This document shows positions 51,009-63,695 of a stretch of DNA of 64,000 bases, piece by piece. Every line of letters begins with the position of its first letter. Position 1 is the first letter of the stretch. This DNA comes from Kondoa subrosea (lineage: Eukaryota): NCBI GenBank assembly GCA_039545335.1, contig BCIN01000006.1, positions 1,116,001 to 1,180,000 on the forward strand, given 5' to 3'. The translations under genes and the position numbers were made by a program. Under the pieces are notes generated by a model. The model was not told the DNA's origin. It made no database searches and worked only from the letters and a program-made list of their open reading frames with translations.

Positions 51009-51637
51009 TTACAGCACCCTAGTCTTCTTCGGCCTAGCTCCTCCAACCCTAATCGGCGTCTTGTCGATCAGAGTCCTGATATGCCTTCTAACTTTATAAC
51101 TTTCGCCCATGGTCAGAACTGAATGAACTGCGTCTCTTCCTTGCCCAAATCCATTCAGCGTGATAGTAAGTGAATCCATAGCAGGTGGTTCATCTTTCCT
51201 ACAACCAAGCTCACTCAGGAAGCCGCAAACAACTGTTGAAATGTTTCGACTGACTTTCTGCTCGGCGCAACAGTATTGAAACCTCCTCTATCTTCCAACA
51301 AACTCTCCATTCTCTTGAAACAGCTCAATATAGTAGTAGTAGCAGCTTCAAATGTTCCTCTTTGAGCTTTCTTGAACCCTTCTTGACCGCAAGACATGCT
51401 CAAGATTTTCTTGCCTGCAGTTGGATGAGCGTCTTGTCCGGTCGCTGATTCTTCTGAACCCCATGCTGAGGAGTAAGGTGAGTCGACTGAGAGGGTGAGG
51501 ATAGTGTTGTTAGATGAACATTGGGCGTGTAGAGTGTATGGCACTCGAGTTGAGGACAGAGATGAGGCGGAGCGGATTGTCTGGGTTGACCGTACCGCTG
51601 GATAGACGAATTTGGAGGTGCTGGCGAAGAGCGACAT
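51009..51637 (-). CDS. Mitochondrial ribosomal protein uS11m
   Basis: Presequence; LHAQCSSNNTILTL, SCGQEGFKKAQRGTFEAA; exon 2 LNGFGQGRDAV..DKTPIRVGGARPKKTRVL*. Confidence 0.88.
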
Positions 51638-52041
51638 GCTTCTGCGTATCCGGGCTCAAGGTTTGGGTCAAGGGAGGAAATCTATGAAATTGTTCGAAGT
51701 GTTCGAAAGCGGCCACTATGACTCTATTCTGATATTGTGCGAAGACATCAACGTATGCTGTCACTCCCATATCCAAAAGTCTCAAGCGAAATCCTGAATC
51801 CGACCAATCACTATCTAATTGCTGTGTGAACTGCAATCCTCTGTACTGCGCTTGTTTTTCTCATCACTACAACAATCACTTTCCCATTATTCCTGGTTGA
51901 TCTTACATTTCTTTCTTGCAAGTGCATGCGCAGCATTCTTCTAGCTGTATCAGAATGATTCTAGCTTTGTGATCGCAGCGCTAGTATCGGATAGCACTTA
52001 TCCTGTTTCTTTTCTTCTGCTCTCTTTCTCTCGTACCATCA

Positions 52042-55000
52042 ATGTCGAGGTCCATCCTGCTATACGCATTGCTCGCGCTTTTCGCTTCAGTTCAAGGCGC
52101 GTATTGGCTGGAGACGATTGAGCATAATGGACTGGTAGGCGTTGATCTTATATGCTATGACCACTTTCTGATGCTGTAGCTAGGCGCCGTACAACAAGCA
52201 AGATCCCACTGGTTACAAAGTCGATTCCGCTTGATATCACGTTAAGGCAGAACTTAACTTCTTGTCTTTCAGGTCTTCCGCAATGTCAAAGATTATGGGG
52301 CTCTTGGAGATGGCCAGACTGACGACGGTGCTGCTATCGCGAAGGCGATGACCAGCGAGTTCACTCGAGTGCGTCCTCCACGTCTTGTATTCTCGCCAAG
52401 ACCAACTCAAATACATTCGAATAGTGCGGCCTGGGCTGTAACGGAAGTACAACTCAGCCAGCTCTTGTCTACTTTCCTCCTGGTAAGACCTTCCTTTGCC
52501 CGCGAGGTTTGGGACTGAATGTTTCGTAATAGGCACTTATGTAGTCTCATCACCTATCACCATGTACTACTACACTCACATGGTCGGTGATTACAACGAA
52601 AGACCAATCATTCAAGCGTCCTCTAATTTCAGTAAGCATGAAATTCCACTAAGTGGTACCATTCATTTGATTTCTCTTTGTAGCGGGTTTGGCTCTGATT
52701 GACGCTGATCCATACACTCCAGAGGGGGAAAAGTAAGTTGCTTTAACTTCATGGCCGCATATTCCGCTTAATAACTATGAAATAGCTGGTGGATTAGCGT
52801 TAACAACTTTTTTCGCGAAGTCCGAAACTTTGTGATCGACGTTTCCAATGCTCCTGTGAAGAATGTGACTTCTGGTGTACATTGGCAAGTTTCTCAAGCC
52901 ACGATGTTGACTAATATGTGAGTCGAAGGATCTCGTCAAGGAAGCTTGGTTGGATGCTCATGCAGTGGGACAGTGATTTCATCATGGCCGAAGGTGAAGA
53001 TTCTAAGCATCAAGGTGTATTCATAGAAAGTACGTCTAAGTGATTAAGCGGAGCAAAAGATTCGCTAAGATATTCTCTCACCATAGATGGTTCAGTAAGC
53101 TCCGCATCTGTGCAGTATTCTGCAACTCAAAGGCTCACACAGGGCGGCACCTTGACCAATCTGACTTTTACTGGTGGAGGAAATTGCGCAACTGTAAGCA
53201 TCACACGAAGCCCGCTTTCACGTCTAAAGGGGTTTTACTAGTTTGGAAATCAACGTGTGTCTCAACTAATCGTTTTCGGTCTGCTCTAACTCTTGCTTCA
53301 GAATTCACTATTCGTAACCTCCGTTTTAACAAATGCCAAACAGCCATTAATCAAGTGTATATGCTGATCAGTTTTTACCAAGGGCTTGACTAATTCATCT
53401 ATATAGTTGGGGTTGGGGATGGAGCTGGAACGATATACATATCACTGACTGTCAACTTGGCTTGAATATGACCACTGGCACAAAGTCAATCAAGGAGCAA
53501 GCTGTCAATTCACAAATCTTGATTGATTGGTCGATCACAAACACCCCTATCGCTGTCTCGATGAGCGTTGCCAAAGCCGCTAATCTGATCATGTGAGTAA
53601 TTTGCGCAAGCGCAGGAATTTGTGCTTACTCCCTTATTAGCGAGAATATGCAGATTAACAATGTACAATCTGTCATTACCTCTGCAAGGAAATCCATCTT
53701 GAAAGGATCTGCTGGTACTTTGACTGTTCCCAGCTGGATTCAAGGTAAAGTCTACCAAGGTGAAAGCAAGAAAGCTACAACGCTGTCTGAAAAGTATCAT
53801 CCAACCAAAAGGGCTCCCCTTCTTCTTGATTCTTCCGGCCGTTACTTTGGTCGCAACCAACCTCAATACGAGACTTCTCAGGTCTCCGATTTCGTGAATG
53901 CCAAGAGCGATTGCAATGCAAAAGGAGACGGGACAGGAGATGATCATGCTGCTTTGCAGAAATGCTTCGATAAATTTTCTGCAACCAAGATTATCTATAT
54001 TCCAGCTGGACAATATCCTGTTAAGGATACTCTGAGAATTCCTGCTGGCACAAGACTTGTTGGCGAAATTACGCCGATCATTCAAGGAACTGGACCAGCG
54101 TTCAACGATCGCAACCACCCTAAAGCTGTAGTCCAAGTTGGTCAGCCTGGAGATAGAGGAGTCATGGAAATCAGCAACATGATGTATGTTTGGTTTGCAA
54201 CCTTGCCTTTCCATCCAGCTCATGATAAACTTAGCTTCAGTACAAAAGGACCAGCTCAAGGTGGTTTCAAATCAAGGACATGTGAACATCAGCTAACAAG
54301 CTCTCAGGTGCTATTGTCGTGGAGTGGAACATTGCACAATCAAAACAAGGATCAGCAGGCATGTGGTCTTCTCATGTGATGTTAGGTGGATATGCAGGAA
54401 GTGGTAAGTCCCGAATTGCTCTTGCACAGCTGTATTTGATGCATCGATCAGATATCATGGTCAAAAACTGCAACTCGAATTCTACCTTTTCTGATGATTG
54501 CCGAACTTCTTTCTTGGGGCTACATCTCACGAAATCTGCTTCTGCTTATATTGAGAACGTTAGTAATCCCTTGTTACGAAATTGACTGTGCATTTGAAGC
54601 CTTTTCCCGCGACGTAGAGCTGGATCTGGCTTGCTGATCATGAAATCGAATCTCCAATCAACAAGCAGATCAACGCCTTCTCTGGCCGAGGTGTTTTGAT
54701 TGAGGCCGTGAATGGACCGATCTGGATGTACGGCACTGGTTCAGAACATCACTTGCTGTTTGTGACATGTTTTTTTACTTGATCCCTGACTGATACTTCC
54801 TCTTGATCAGGTATCAGTACCAGCTGGTTCAAGCCCGAAACGTCTATATGAGTCTGATCCAGACAGAGACCCGTAAGCAAAGGCCTGTCTTCATCTGCAA
54901 CTGATCTGATCTACCCTTACAGCGTACTATCTTGGCAAAGGAACATTAGGCAAATCCTTCACTTCTTTGATCGAACTAGAGCCTCCCTTAGCCAGCTACC

Positions 55001-55420
55001 ATGATCCTACCTTCAGCAACTGCAAATCGAACGATCTGACTTGTCTCAAATCCTGGGCTTTGCGCGTCGTCAATTCAGACAATGTGTACTGCTATGGTGC
55101 TGGCTTGTATTCTTTCTTTGATGCGTATGAACAGCTATGCTTGGTGGACAATTGTCAGAAAGCTCTGGTCTCTTTCGAAGGAGTCGGGAAATCCGTAGCT
55201 TTGTGGAATCTCGAAACGTGCGATTTCTTCCCTCAGATACTGATATTGTCTGACGAGCATTCTGATGCGCAGTATCGGTGCTGTAACTCAAATCCAGGTG
55301 GACGGCAAAGATGTGGTGCTATCGAAGGACAACACAATGGGTGGAGGAATCGCTCAAGGTATTGCTGGTTGGACGTCAAGACAAGATACTCATGTAAGCT
55401 TATACCATCGTTCGCTTTAG
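52042..55420 (+). CDS. GH55 exo-beta-1,3-glucanase (copy B), signal peptide; 3' end approximate
   Basis: Collinear and highly similar to copy A (e.g. identical YFGRNQPQYETSQVSDFVNAKSDCNAKGDGTGDDHAALQ). Confidence 0.95.
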
Positions 55421-55756
55421 ATAGCACCTTCTCATATTCAATTACCAGTCCTTGTTGGAAATTTCTTTGGTTCTGTAGTACTCTTCGCATAATAAGTCTA
55501 GCATACATATGAGCTTGAAAACAATGAGTGACATGCAGGTTTCATATCGAATATTCAAAATTTACTGTCTCCAAAAGATTTCTTAGAGTCTTCCAGATCA
55601 CGTCATAGGAGAAGCCAATCTGAACATTATTGCGTTGTACAAGAAGAGAAATTGGCATTGTCACTCTACGTCTAGATCAGACCGACTTGTGAATTTCACT
55701 GCATGACAAAGGCGATTTGCAGGCTTGCGATAAATGCCGACTTCGACCTGTTCTGA

Positions 55757-57874
55757 CTAAGCTTCTCCTTTCCTCTCATGCATCTTCATGTGTCTAGCCA
55801 ACCTTTTCACGTAAAGTCAGCTCTGAAGAGTAGCTTCCCGCAGAGAGTATAGCTCACTGATCGCTTCTTCCAAACTTAGCACCACAATCGCCAATCGTGC
55901 AAGCGAATTTCCTTTCACCAGTATGAGTTCGCTAAAGGAATAAACGTTCAGCTTACCCTACCCAAAGATTATGTTTGAAAGGGGGCTCACAATGTGTTTC
56001 CTTAAATTTGAAGATTCAGCAAAAGCGGCTGTGCATCCCGCATGAGGGCACTTGAAAGGTTTATCACCAGTATGTGTGCCTATAATTGATGTTTAGCGCG
56101 AATCAAGGTGCAAGAATGCAGAAACAACAACATACGAGTATGAATCGTCAAAGCGGAAGCTAAAGTGAAAGCTTTCCCACATCCATCTTCCTGACATACA
56201 TGAGGTCTCTCGTTCGTATGCGTTCTCATATGTTGTACCAAAGTAGTTTGCTCGCTGAACGATTTCTGACATTCAGGACAAACGAATGGTCTATCTCCTG
56301 TTTCCGTCAACACATCTCAATAAGCCATCGTGACTAACCAGAGCAGATGAGGAAAACTGACCAGTATGCATTTGAACATGTCTCATAACTTTCTGTCGTT
56401 GTGTGAATTTCCGATTCTCTTCCGCTCGACCGCATCCAACCCATTTACAGTAATACTCGGATTTCCCACTACCCACATGAGCATCCCCAATATGAGCTGT
56501 CAAATCTGCTGGAGTTGGTAAAATCTCGTTACAGCCTTCCCAATGACATTGATGAATTCCAGGTAAGTTGACTGGTGAATGAGTGGAAGATGAGCAGGAA
56601 GGAGCAATTGGAGGAGGAGGTAAAGGATAAGGGTTCTGATAGTTTTGCTGAGGGTTGATGGCAATGTCAGTCGGTAAGTGAGAAAATTTAAATTGCTGCT
56701 GTTGATGACCTGAACGAAGTATTAGCATAGAAGAGAGAGATGAGCACAGAGACCTGACCTGGCATGGGAAACATCTGACTGGAATTTGATGGTAAGAAAT
56801 GATCTGTTTGCAAGTGTTGAAGCAAGTCAAGACCTGGCATAGCATTGTTTGATTGCTGAGGTGGATCAGAGAAGGGTAGCAGAGTGCCGCAACCATCCCA
56901 CAGACAAGGTTGTTGAGCTTGCTGTTGAAGAGGAGGAGGGGGTTTCGCTTGCTGAAACATGTTAGCCTGACTGCTTGTGGGTGAGAAGGGAGGAGAAACT
57001 TCTTGCGCAGAGAGATGAGTGAGATGGACGTGATTAGCCAATTCACCAGGCGTATTGAATCCACATAAGCAGCTACCCCATCGACAAACGAAAGGAAAGG
57101 CAGGAACAGCAGAGGTACTGGCTTGAGGCATAGGCGCGGGCGGAGAAGTACCTCTGGTGCTTATTGAAGAAGGGGTCGCTCCTGCTGACGACGACAGCGG
57201 TTCGAACAAAGGCCACTGACGAAAGCTTTCAGATTCCGCTCTACATCCGAATCAGAACTCACGGTCTCGTTCTTGTGATCAAAATGGAAGCCGTCTCCAT
57301 TATGAGAAGAGAAGTCGAAAACCGACAAGTCTTTCCATTCGTCGTGACTTGTGTTGCATAAGTTGCAATCTGGAACTTCTTCAACAGCATTGCAGCAAGT
57401 TACTGAACAAGATTTGTTGTAGAGATGATCCAAAGCTGCCTTCTCGCAATCCTAATTGTCGGTAAAATACCGTCAGACCTTATAAAGACAATGCATGATG
57501 GCAAAGACCATACTTGACAATCCATCTCTGGCACGGCTGGTTCTTCAGGAGGCCAAGCTTCTTGATCAGTGCAAGAAGGGAGATTACAAAGGAAACTATT
57601 GGGTGTGAGCCATCGAGGAGATTGATTAAAGACTGGGCCACAGCTCTCCCCTCCATTGCAAGGGATCACAGTCTATTCGGTCTTAGATTAGCTTGTCTGT
57701 GCTGCTGTATCACAAGCGAACCCACTGGTGCTGCTTTCTCCATCGCGGTGCTGATCAAATGAGGACCCTATTGGTTCAACTGGATCAAGAATATTCGTTT
57801 CCAAATTCGACGAGAGCCTTTACGCTACGCCTGTACTGCAGTACTACCGCAAGGCAGTACCTCACCAGACCATC
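55757..57874 (-). CDS. Multi-C2H2 zinc-finger transcription factor, Zap1/ZafA-like (start uncertain)
   Basis: [55 protein letters not shown], further TGDRPF/TNERP/TGDKPF linkers; Cys-rich N-terminus. Confidence 0.85.
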
Positions 57875-58090
57875 GTACACAGCAAACTGTTGCTTTCGAG
57901 CTTGTTTCAAGCTCAAGCTCCAATCAATAATCAGTACCCAAAGACCTTTTCCCTTGACTCCTGGCTATCGCTTGATCTTCAAGACTACTCCGAGACTCGA
58001 TTGATAAGATAGCCGAAGCTTATCGCAAGCAAGCCGGCGCGTCCCATTCGAGCCGCTCGACAGCGCTCGACCTTTTTCTCTGACATCGAC

Positions 58091-58972
58091 ATGACTCTAG
58101 TCTCACAGCACAGCATACTCAGCGCGGACAGCACTGAGATTGGTTGGTTGACCTATACACCTGTCAACGTCTCTCGACCGTCTATTCTTTTGATTCAAGG
58201 CTCAATGGCTACATGCCGACAGTATTCAAGTCTAGCTCAGTCTTTGGCTTCATATGGCTACACTGTGCATACACCTGATCGAAGAGGACGGCGGATGTCA
58301 CCTAATCCTTACACTCCAACGCATACAATAGCTCGAGATGTAGAAGATCTTGAAGCTGTTCTGAAAGCAACGAATTCTACTAGAGCATTTGGCATGAGCA
58401 GTGGCTGCATGATTCTACTAGAGGCTGCTCGGACTTCTTCCACTCTTTTATCCCATATCGCATTATACGAACCTCCTTTCCAATCGGATCCTGTCAGCAA
58501 AGTAGAACAAGAGCAAGGCATAGTAAGATTGAATAAAGAAATTGATAGAGAAGATTACGCTTCAGCACTCTTCACTGCTATCATCACAAGTCAAGCCCTT
58601 CCTTGGTACATTAACAAATTAGTACCGTACTTTATAGGAAGAAATCTAGCTGGGCTGGTCATGAAGTATCAAAGCAAGAGTGAAAACAAGGACAATCTCA
58701 GAGAATTGATACCGAGTGTGAGATACGATTACAACATTGTACAGCACATGAACGATCAAGGGATTGAGAAGCTCAGTAGAATTGAGATCCCAACGCTCTT
58801 GTTACATGGAAGTAAGAGTGCTGCTTATTTCGAGCGAGCTTGTAAGGATATAGAAGGATCAATCAGAGGAAGTCAGAGAATTCTGCTGGAGGGCTGTAAT
58901 CATGGAGCAAGCTGGAATGGAGAACAGCCAGAACTGGTCGCAGAGAAATTGCATGAGTTCCTTTCCGGCTGA
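58091..58972 (+). CDS. Alpha/beta-fold hydrolase, intronless
   Basis: SADSTEIGW, PDRRGR..S, DVEDLEAVL, nucleophile elbow GMSSG, ALYEPP, PTLLLHGSKS, GCNH. Confidence 0.9.
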   Translation: MTLVSQHSILSADSTEIGWLTYTPVNVSRPSILLIQGSMATCRQYSSLAQSLASYGYTVHTPDRRGRRMSPNPYTPTHTIARDVEDLEAVLKATNSTRAFGMSSGCMILLEAARTSSTLLSHIALYEPPFQSDPVSKVEQEQGIVRLNKEIDREDYASALFTAIITSQALPWYINKLVPYFIGRNLAGLVMKYQSKSENKDNLRELIPSVRYDYNIVQHMNDQGIEKLSRIEIPTLLLHGSKSAAYFERACKDIEGSIRGSQRILLEGCNHGASWNGEQPELVAEKLHEFLSG

Positions 58973-59644
58973 TCCATCGTATGTCTAGCTAATACGGTTT
59001 GTTCAGCCTTCGAGCTAATGTTGTTCCGAGATTGATGAATCAGCTACCTTTATCGTAATATGACTCCAAAGAAGGGCAAGCTTGAAGGCAGAGAGAAGGA
59101 TTATTTCACATTATTCAAAGCAAAGACAATGCTCAGAACATCAAGCGCGAAGTTTCAAAAGGAAAAGGAAAAGAAAGTGTAGCAGTAGCATCATGTAATT
59201 CTACTTGTCAGAAGATACTCCAAGGCAGCATGGCCACCTTGAACAACCTTGTACTACCCGATCTGCGCTTGGTTGAGCCTAAGTTTCGGGTTCTGTCTCT
59301 GTCCAGAACCGACCAGAGCCTTACACCAGTAATGCCCAACGTGATCCATTGCACTTTTATATACCAAAACCATCGTGGCTTTCTTGTCGTAAGAAAATTG
59401 CCTAACGCAATCAACAGATGCCATCTTCCAGTCCGCTGCTCCTCACTTCTGTAGCATCATTTCGCTTCTCTTTGCTCCATTTAGTCAGCGCTGCCAGCCT
59501 GAGGCAGCTTGAATACCCACACAATGGCTTGACTTTTGCTGTGATCGGAGTCTAGCGGGCCATGTTTGGGCTTCTTTGCTATTACTCATCAGCAGTACGG
59601 GCACGGAGTGTCTTCTTCTTATTCTTCTCTCATACGAAAACCCA

Positions 59645-60912
59645 ATGCACCGTCGATTGTCTTCACGCCTGGCAGCGATTCTGATGGGCCTGTCGCTGTT
59701 TCTTTATTGCAGCATACGTGGCCCGACTTGGTCAGCTCGAATAAGATGGAGAATAGAACACGATTTATACAAGTGCGAGCGACCGCCTCTGCTGAATACC
59801 TACTTCTATTACCTACCCTATTTTTACAATCCAGACGTAGAACGCGAAGATACAAAGACCTTCATGTCGTACATAGATGAGAAGAGCAAGATTGAAATCG
59901 TTCAACTTTGTACCTATCCCAACGAGAAGATGCTACACCCTCTGACCAATCATAAGGTTGGCAAATTATCCGAAGCATTCAGTATCGAAACTTACGTGAT
60001 ACACTTAGGATTATGCGCAGCGCCATGGCTATAATTACGTTGCCAGAACGGGCTTAGCAAACAGGAATGGCGAACAAAGGAAATTGGATGCTTATGTGGG
60101 TTCAATCTTTCTGACACAAATCGCTTCTCGCTGATTTTGCGCAGTGGAACAAGATCTATCTTACGCAAGAGCTGTTGGAAATAGAGCTAAGCAAACCAGC
60201 TTCCATAAGGCAACAATGGCTCTTGTAGGTCTCACATCTCAAGCTCGCTCAAAAATATCGATGAACAATGTAACAGTTGGGCGGATGCAGATACTCTTAT
60301 CCTCAATCAAGAAATTCCTCTCGAGACCTTTTTGCCTCCTGCCAATCTCAGCCACGTGCATATGCTTCTAGCGAGAGATGCCTATGGTTTAAATGCTGGA
60401 GTATTTTTCCTTCGAGTATCAGAATGGTCAAAAAAGTTCATGTTTGAGATTCTCTGGACTGGATCATACTTGGAAGCTCGCTTTCTTCCGCTAAGAGAAC
60501 AGTCGTATGTTTTTATTTGTCCTCCTTTTTACCACTCTTATGCCTGCATTTAGAGCTCTTCAATTACTCATGCCGCTGGATAAAGTGGTAGTAGTACCTA
60601 GGAAATGGTTCAATAGTTGGGCTATTTCAGATCCGTTTGAGACAGAGAATGAAGATCAAGGCAATGTAAGCTTTACTTGGCCTCATGTTTGTCATCCATA
60701 TCCAATCGATTGACATCATTCCACAGCAAAACAGTTTCCAAGCTCATTTCGTTGGAGGCACATCACCCTGGATGGGTAACTATCCAAAGTACTACATGTC
60801 GAGACCCGAGTTTTCTGCCAATTGGGAAGCGGCCAAAATAAAGCTAGGATTAGAAACAAGGACATTCTGGGAACAGTATATCGCAAAGCGTGCACTGTCA
60901 TTATTGACTTAA
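59645..60912 (+). CDS. GT34 (GMA12/MNN10-like) glycosyltransferase, type II membrane protein
   Basis: N-terminal TM; WNKIY; WADADTLILNQEIPLETFLPP, ARDAYGLNAGVFFLRVSEWS, EQ, PRKWFN. Confidence 0.88.
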
Positions 60913-61009
60913 CCATTGTTTAGTATGCATTGTTCACTAAGGTTCTATTTTTCGTGAATTAGCGTCTTGTCCAGCACAACCATACCTCGCTACCTTTAGT
61001 ACCACAGCA

Positions 61010-62562
61010 ATGGGTCTCATGAAGCTCTTTGAATCTCGCGACGTTAGTCCTAAGCGTCAAGAAGCTGCAACAGCAGATGTAGACAAACTGGCCAATGCAT
61101 TTCAGCGGTCTCGCCTGAACAGCACACCAAGTCCTCAGCGAGCTCTTCAGCCGATGTATTATGACGTTGACGAAGGTCGTGATCATTCCTACAAGCGACC
61201 TAGTCCGCCAGTCAAACCTGTTTACTCTGCACCTGTTCATCGAACTCCGCCGTATCACATTTCTTCTACCTTACCTTCACCTGCTTCTTCTGCTTCTCAC
61301 AGACAACCTCAAAGATTCCTAGCTACGCCTCCTAGACCTAATTTTGAAGCTCGACCAGTTTCTGATCCATCACCTCGAAGTCACATGACAGCATCGCCCC
61401 CTTCAATTTCCAAACCTACTACACCTTCTTCAAGTAAAGCGCATGCTCAACCTATTGCTTCTTCTTCTTCTTCTACAAGTAAAGGCAAACCTAATCAATG
61501 TCATGGTACAACAGCAAACGGGAAACGCTGTAATCGAAATGTTCCTCTTAACAATTCAGGCCATGGTTCAAGATCTAGAACTCATTCTTCTCCTTCACCT
61601 ACGAAACTCATGAATCCACATTCTCGTTCATCAAGCAAAAACACGCCATTGACGGAAGTTGCTTTAGTGCAATTGGACAGGATGTTGAGTAGACGAGGTA
61701 AAGGGAAAGGCAAGCAACGACAGATTCAAGTAGATGAAGAAACATCAGGTAGTGAACAGGATGAGATAGAGCTGGAGTTGCCTAGGTTCTGCTATCAACA
61801 TTCTCAGCAAGCGATGGAAGAGCCTGGTTCTTTCGCTGGGCCGAAAGGTATCTATATAGTATATGATGGTCAGTTGTATCTTGCTGTCTGCTATCCTTTG
61901 AGCTTAAATGAGATATTAGAATGGATACCTAGAGATCTACCTACTGAGACGAGGCTACAACTACGACATGAAATGACCAAGCCTATCTCACAATCAGAGA
62001 AGCCTGGCTATATCTACGCACTAGAAATGGCTCCTATTCATCCAACGAAATATCAAACCAAAACATTATTGAAAATAGGAAGATCCGTCAGACCTGTGGC
62101 AAGGCATAATCAGTGGAAACGGCAATGTCCTTCTAGAACACCTCTAGTCCGCGATTTCTATCCTTTACATCCTTCTCACCCTTTATTGCATCGTCCAAAT
62201 TCACCTTACTCAATTTCTTCCCATCATCAACCTCAGAACCAATATCAAGGATCGAGACTAAGAGGAGCTTTTATGGTCAATGAACATGGCTGTCCATACC
62301 ATCATCGATTAGAAAGGTTGATTTTGATCGAATGTGCCGGACGAGCTGCTATGGAATCTGCTGGCTATGAGAGAACGGCTTGCGCAGATTGCGGGAAAGT
62401 GCATGTTGAGCTGTTTGAAGTCAATGTGTGAGTGTACGATTCGTTCTTGATCTTTGTTGATATACTGACATAAGTCGTTATTGTAGCGGAGCATATGAAG
62501 CATGGGTCTCGGAAATGATTCTCAGGTGGATCATGTTTTGTGAGAAAGTATTGGCAGCATGA
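61010..62562 (+). CDS. Mug113/T5orf172 (GIY-YIG-like, DUF1766) domain protein
   Basis: QCHGTTANGKRC, RFCYQH, PGYIYA, LLKIGRSV..RHNQWKRQC, HRLERLILIE, CADCGKVHVELF. Confidence 0.85.
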
Positions 62563-62591
62563 AAAATACAAGTCATGTAAAGAATGGAGGT

Positions 62592-63536
62592 TTACAATAT
62601 CGCTCGAAGTACAGTGATATCCGCTACTTCATAGTCGCCGATCAACAGATGCTTCAAAGTTACTTCTGTCAAAGTTCCATGACTATCTTCCCAGAGCGAA
62701 TACACTCGAACGTTGTTGAAGGAAGATACGACTGAAGAGACCACAGCAAAGTGAGGGCTTGGAAACCGAGGCTTAGTTTTGCTATAATACTCCAGTGCGA
62801 CTATATCCCCTTCTTGCACGATCTTCCGCAGCGCTCGAGGAATACGCGTCTTGTCTCCCTCTTTTCTAACAATCGGAATCCGCTCGAAAGTCGAAACGTC
62901 GTTACAGACGCTTCTTAGTAGCTTCATTGTATCCAGTGGACCCGGTGTATTTGTAGCAAGGCAGTATCGTCCAGCCAAGTGAGCTCTCCGATAGTCGTTC
63001 TCGAGCACTACCAGTAGTGCTTGCAGAACGGCGCCGAAACAGTTAATTTCCGCTCGAGGAGACAAAGCCAAAGCAAGGTCAAGCGAGCCACCAGTCCGTA
63101 CGAGCTTGTTGCAATAATATCTGAGATCTGGAGAATTGTGCCGCCAGGCCCAATGGAAGCAATGTAGCTGTTGTCTGAGTAGAAGCGCCAAAGGATGTTC
63201 CTTTGTTGTGTCTTTGAAAGGAGAATCTTGAAATATAGCTTTCGCCGCCAGAGACAGCCTTGCCGCGATTGGCAGAGGTTTCAGGTCCTGAGAGTCTAGA
63301 CTTGAAGGTAATAGCACATCGTGCTGGCCAGCTTTCACAGCCTGCTTGTCCTTCAAAACGAGACTGTCTCTGCTTTCGTAGGCTGGAGGCTGATCTTGAC
63401 TGGTCCAGGAGTTGGCTCGTACGATAGAAGTAATCACTCCAGAGTCTTCAAGAAAGATCTCCTTATAAGCGAGGCTGTTCTTTTCAAATTTCTTGAAAGA
63501 CATTTGTTCGCTTCCAGCGCGAACTTCGGAACTCAT
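62592..63536 (-). CDS. Intronless 314-aa orphan, possible papain/NlpC-P60-like Cys-His fold
   Basis: Uninterrupted ORF; INCFGAV ... QEGDIVAL ... HFAVV ... VYSLW spacing. Confidence 0.6.
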   Translation of the reverse strand: MSSEVRAGSEQMSFKKFEKNSLAYKEIFLEDSGVITSIVRANSWTSQDQPPAYESRDSLVLKDKQAVKAGQHDVLLPSSLDSQDLKPLPIAARLSLAAKAIFQDSPFKDTTKEHPLALLLRQQLHCFHWAWRHNSPDLRYYCNKLVRTGGSLDLALALSPRAEINCFGAVLQALLVVLENDYRRAHLAGRYCLATNTPGPLDTMKLLRSVCNDVSTFERIPIVRKEGDKTRIPRALRKIVQEGDIVALEYYSKTKPRFPSPHFAVVSSVVSSFNNVRVYSLWEDSHGTLTEVTLKHLLIGDYEVADITVLRAIL

Positions 63537-63695
63537 AGCTTTAGAAATGAGGGAATTGAGAAAGAGAAAAAGAGAAGAAGGGAACAGATATAGTAGGAAA
63601 AATTGGGAGAGAAAAAACAGCTAGCTGAAAAGCGATGAAAGGGCTAGATCGAAGATGACTTCTGATGGCTAACAACATCAATAATACTTCAATAG

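Noticed and set aside
47733..54259. Long antisense ORFs (47733-48374, 53510-54259) and similar shadows elsewhere
   Set aside because: They are antisense shadows of real exons
59218..59240. LQGSMAT peptide matching IQGSMAT of the upstream hydrolase
   Set aside because: Similarity does not extend in either direction; treated as chance
61010..62562. GIY-YIG-like domain as a mobile-element nuclease
   Set aside because: Intron-containing Mug113-type fungal gene with no flanking repeats or RT
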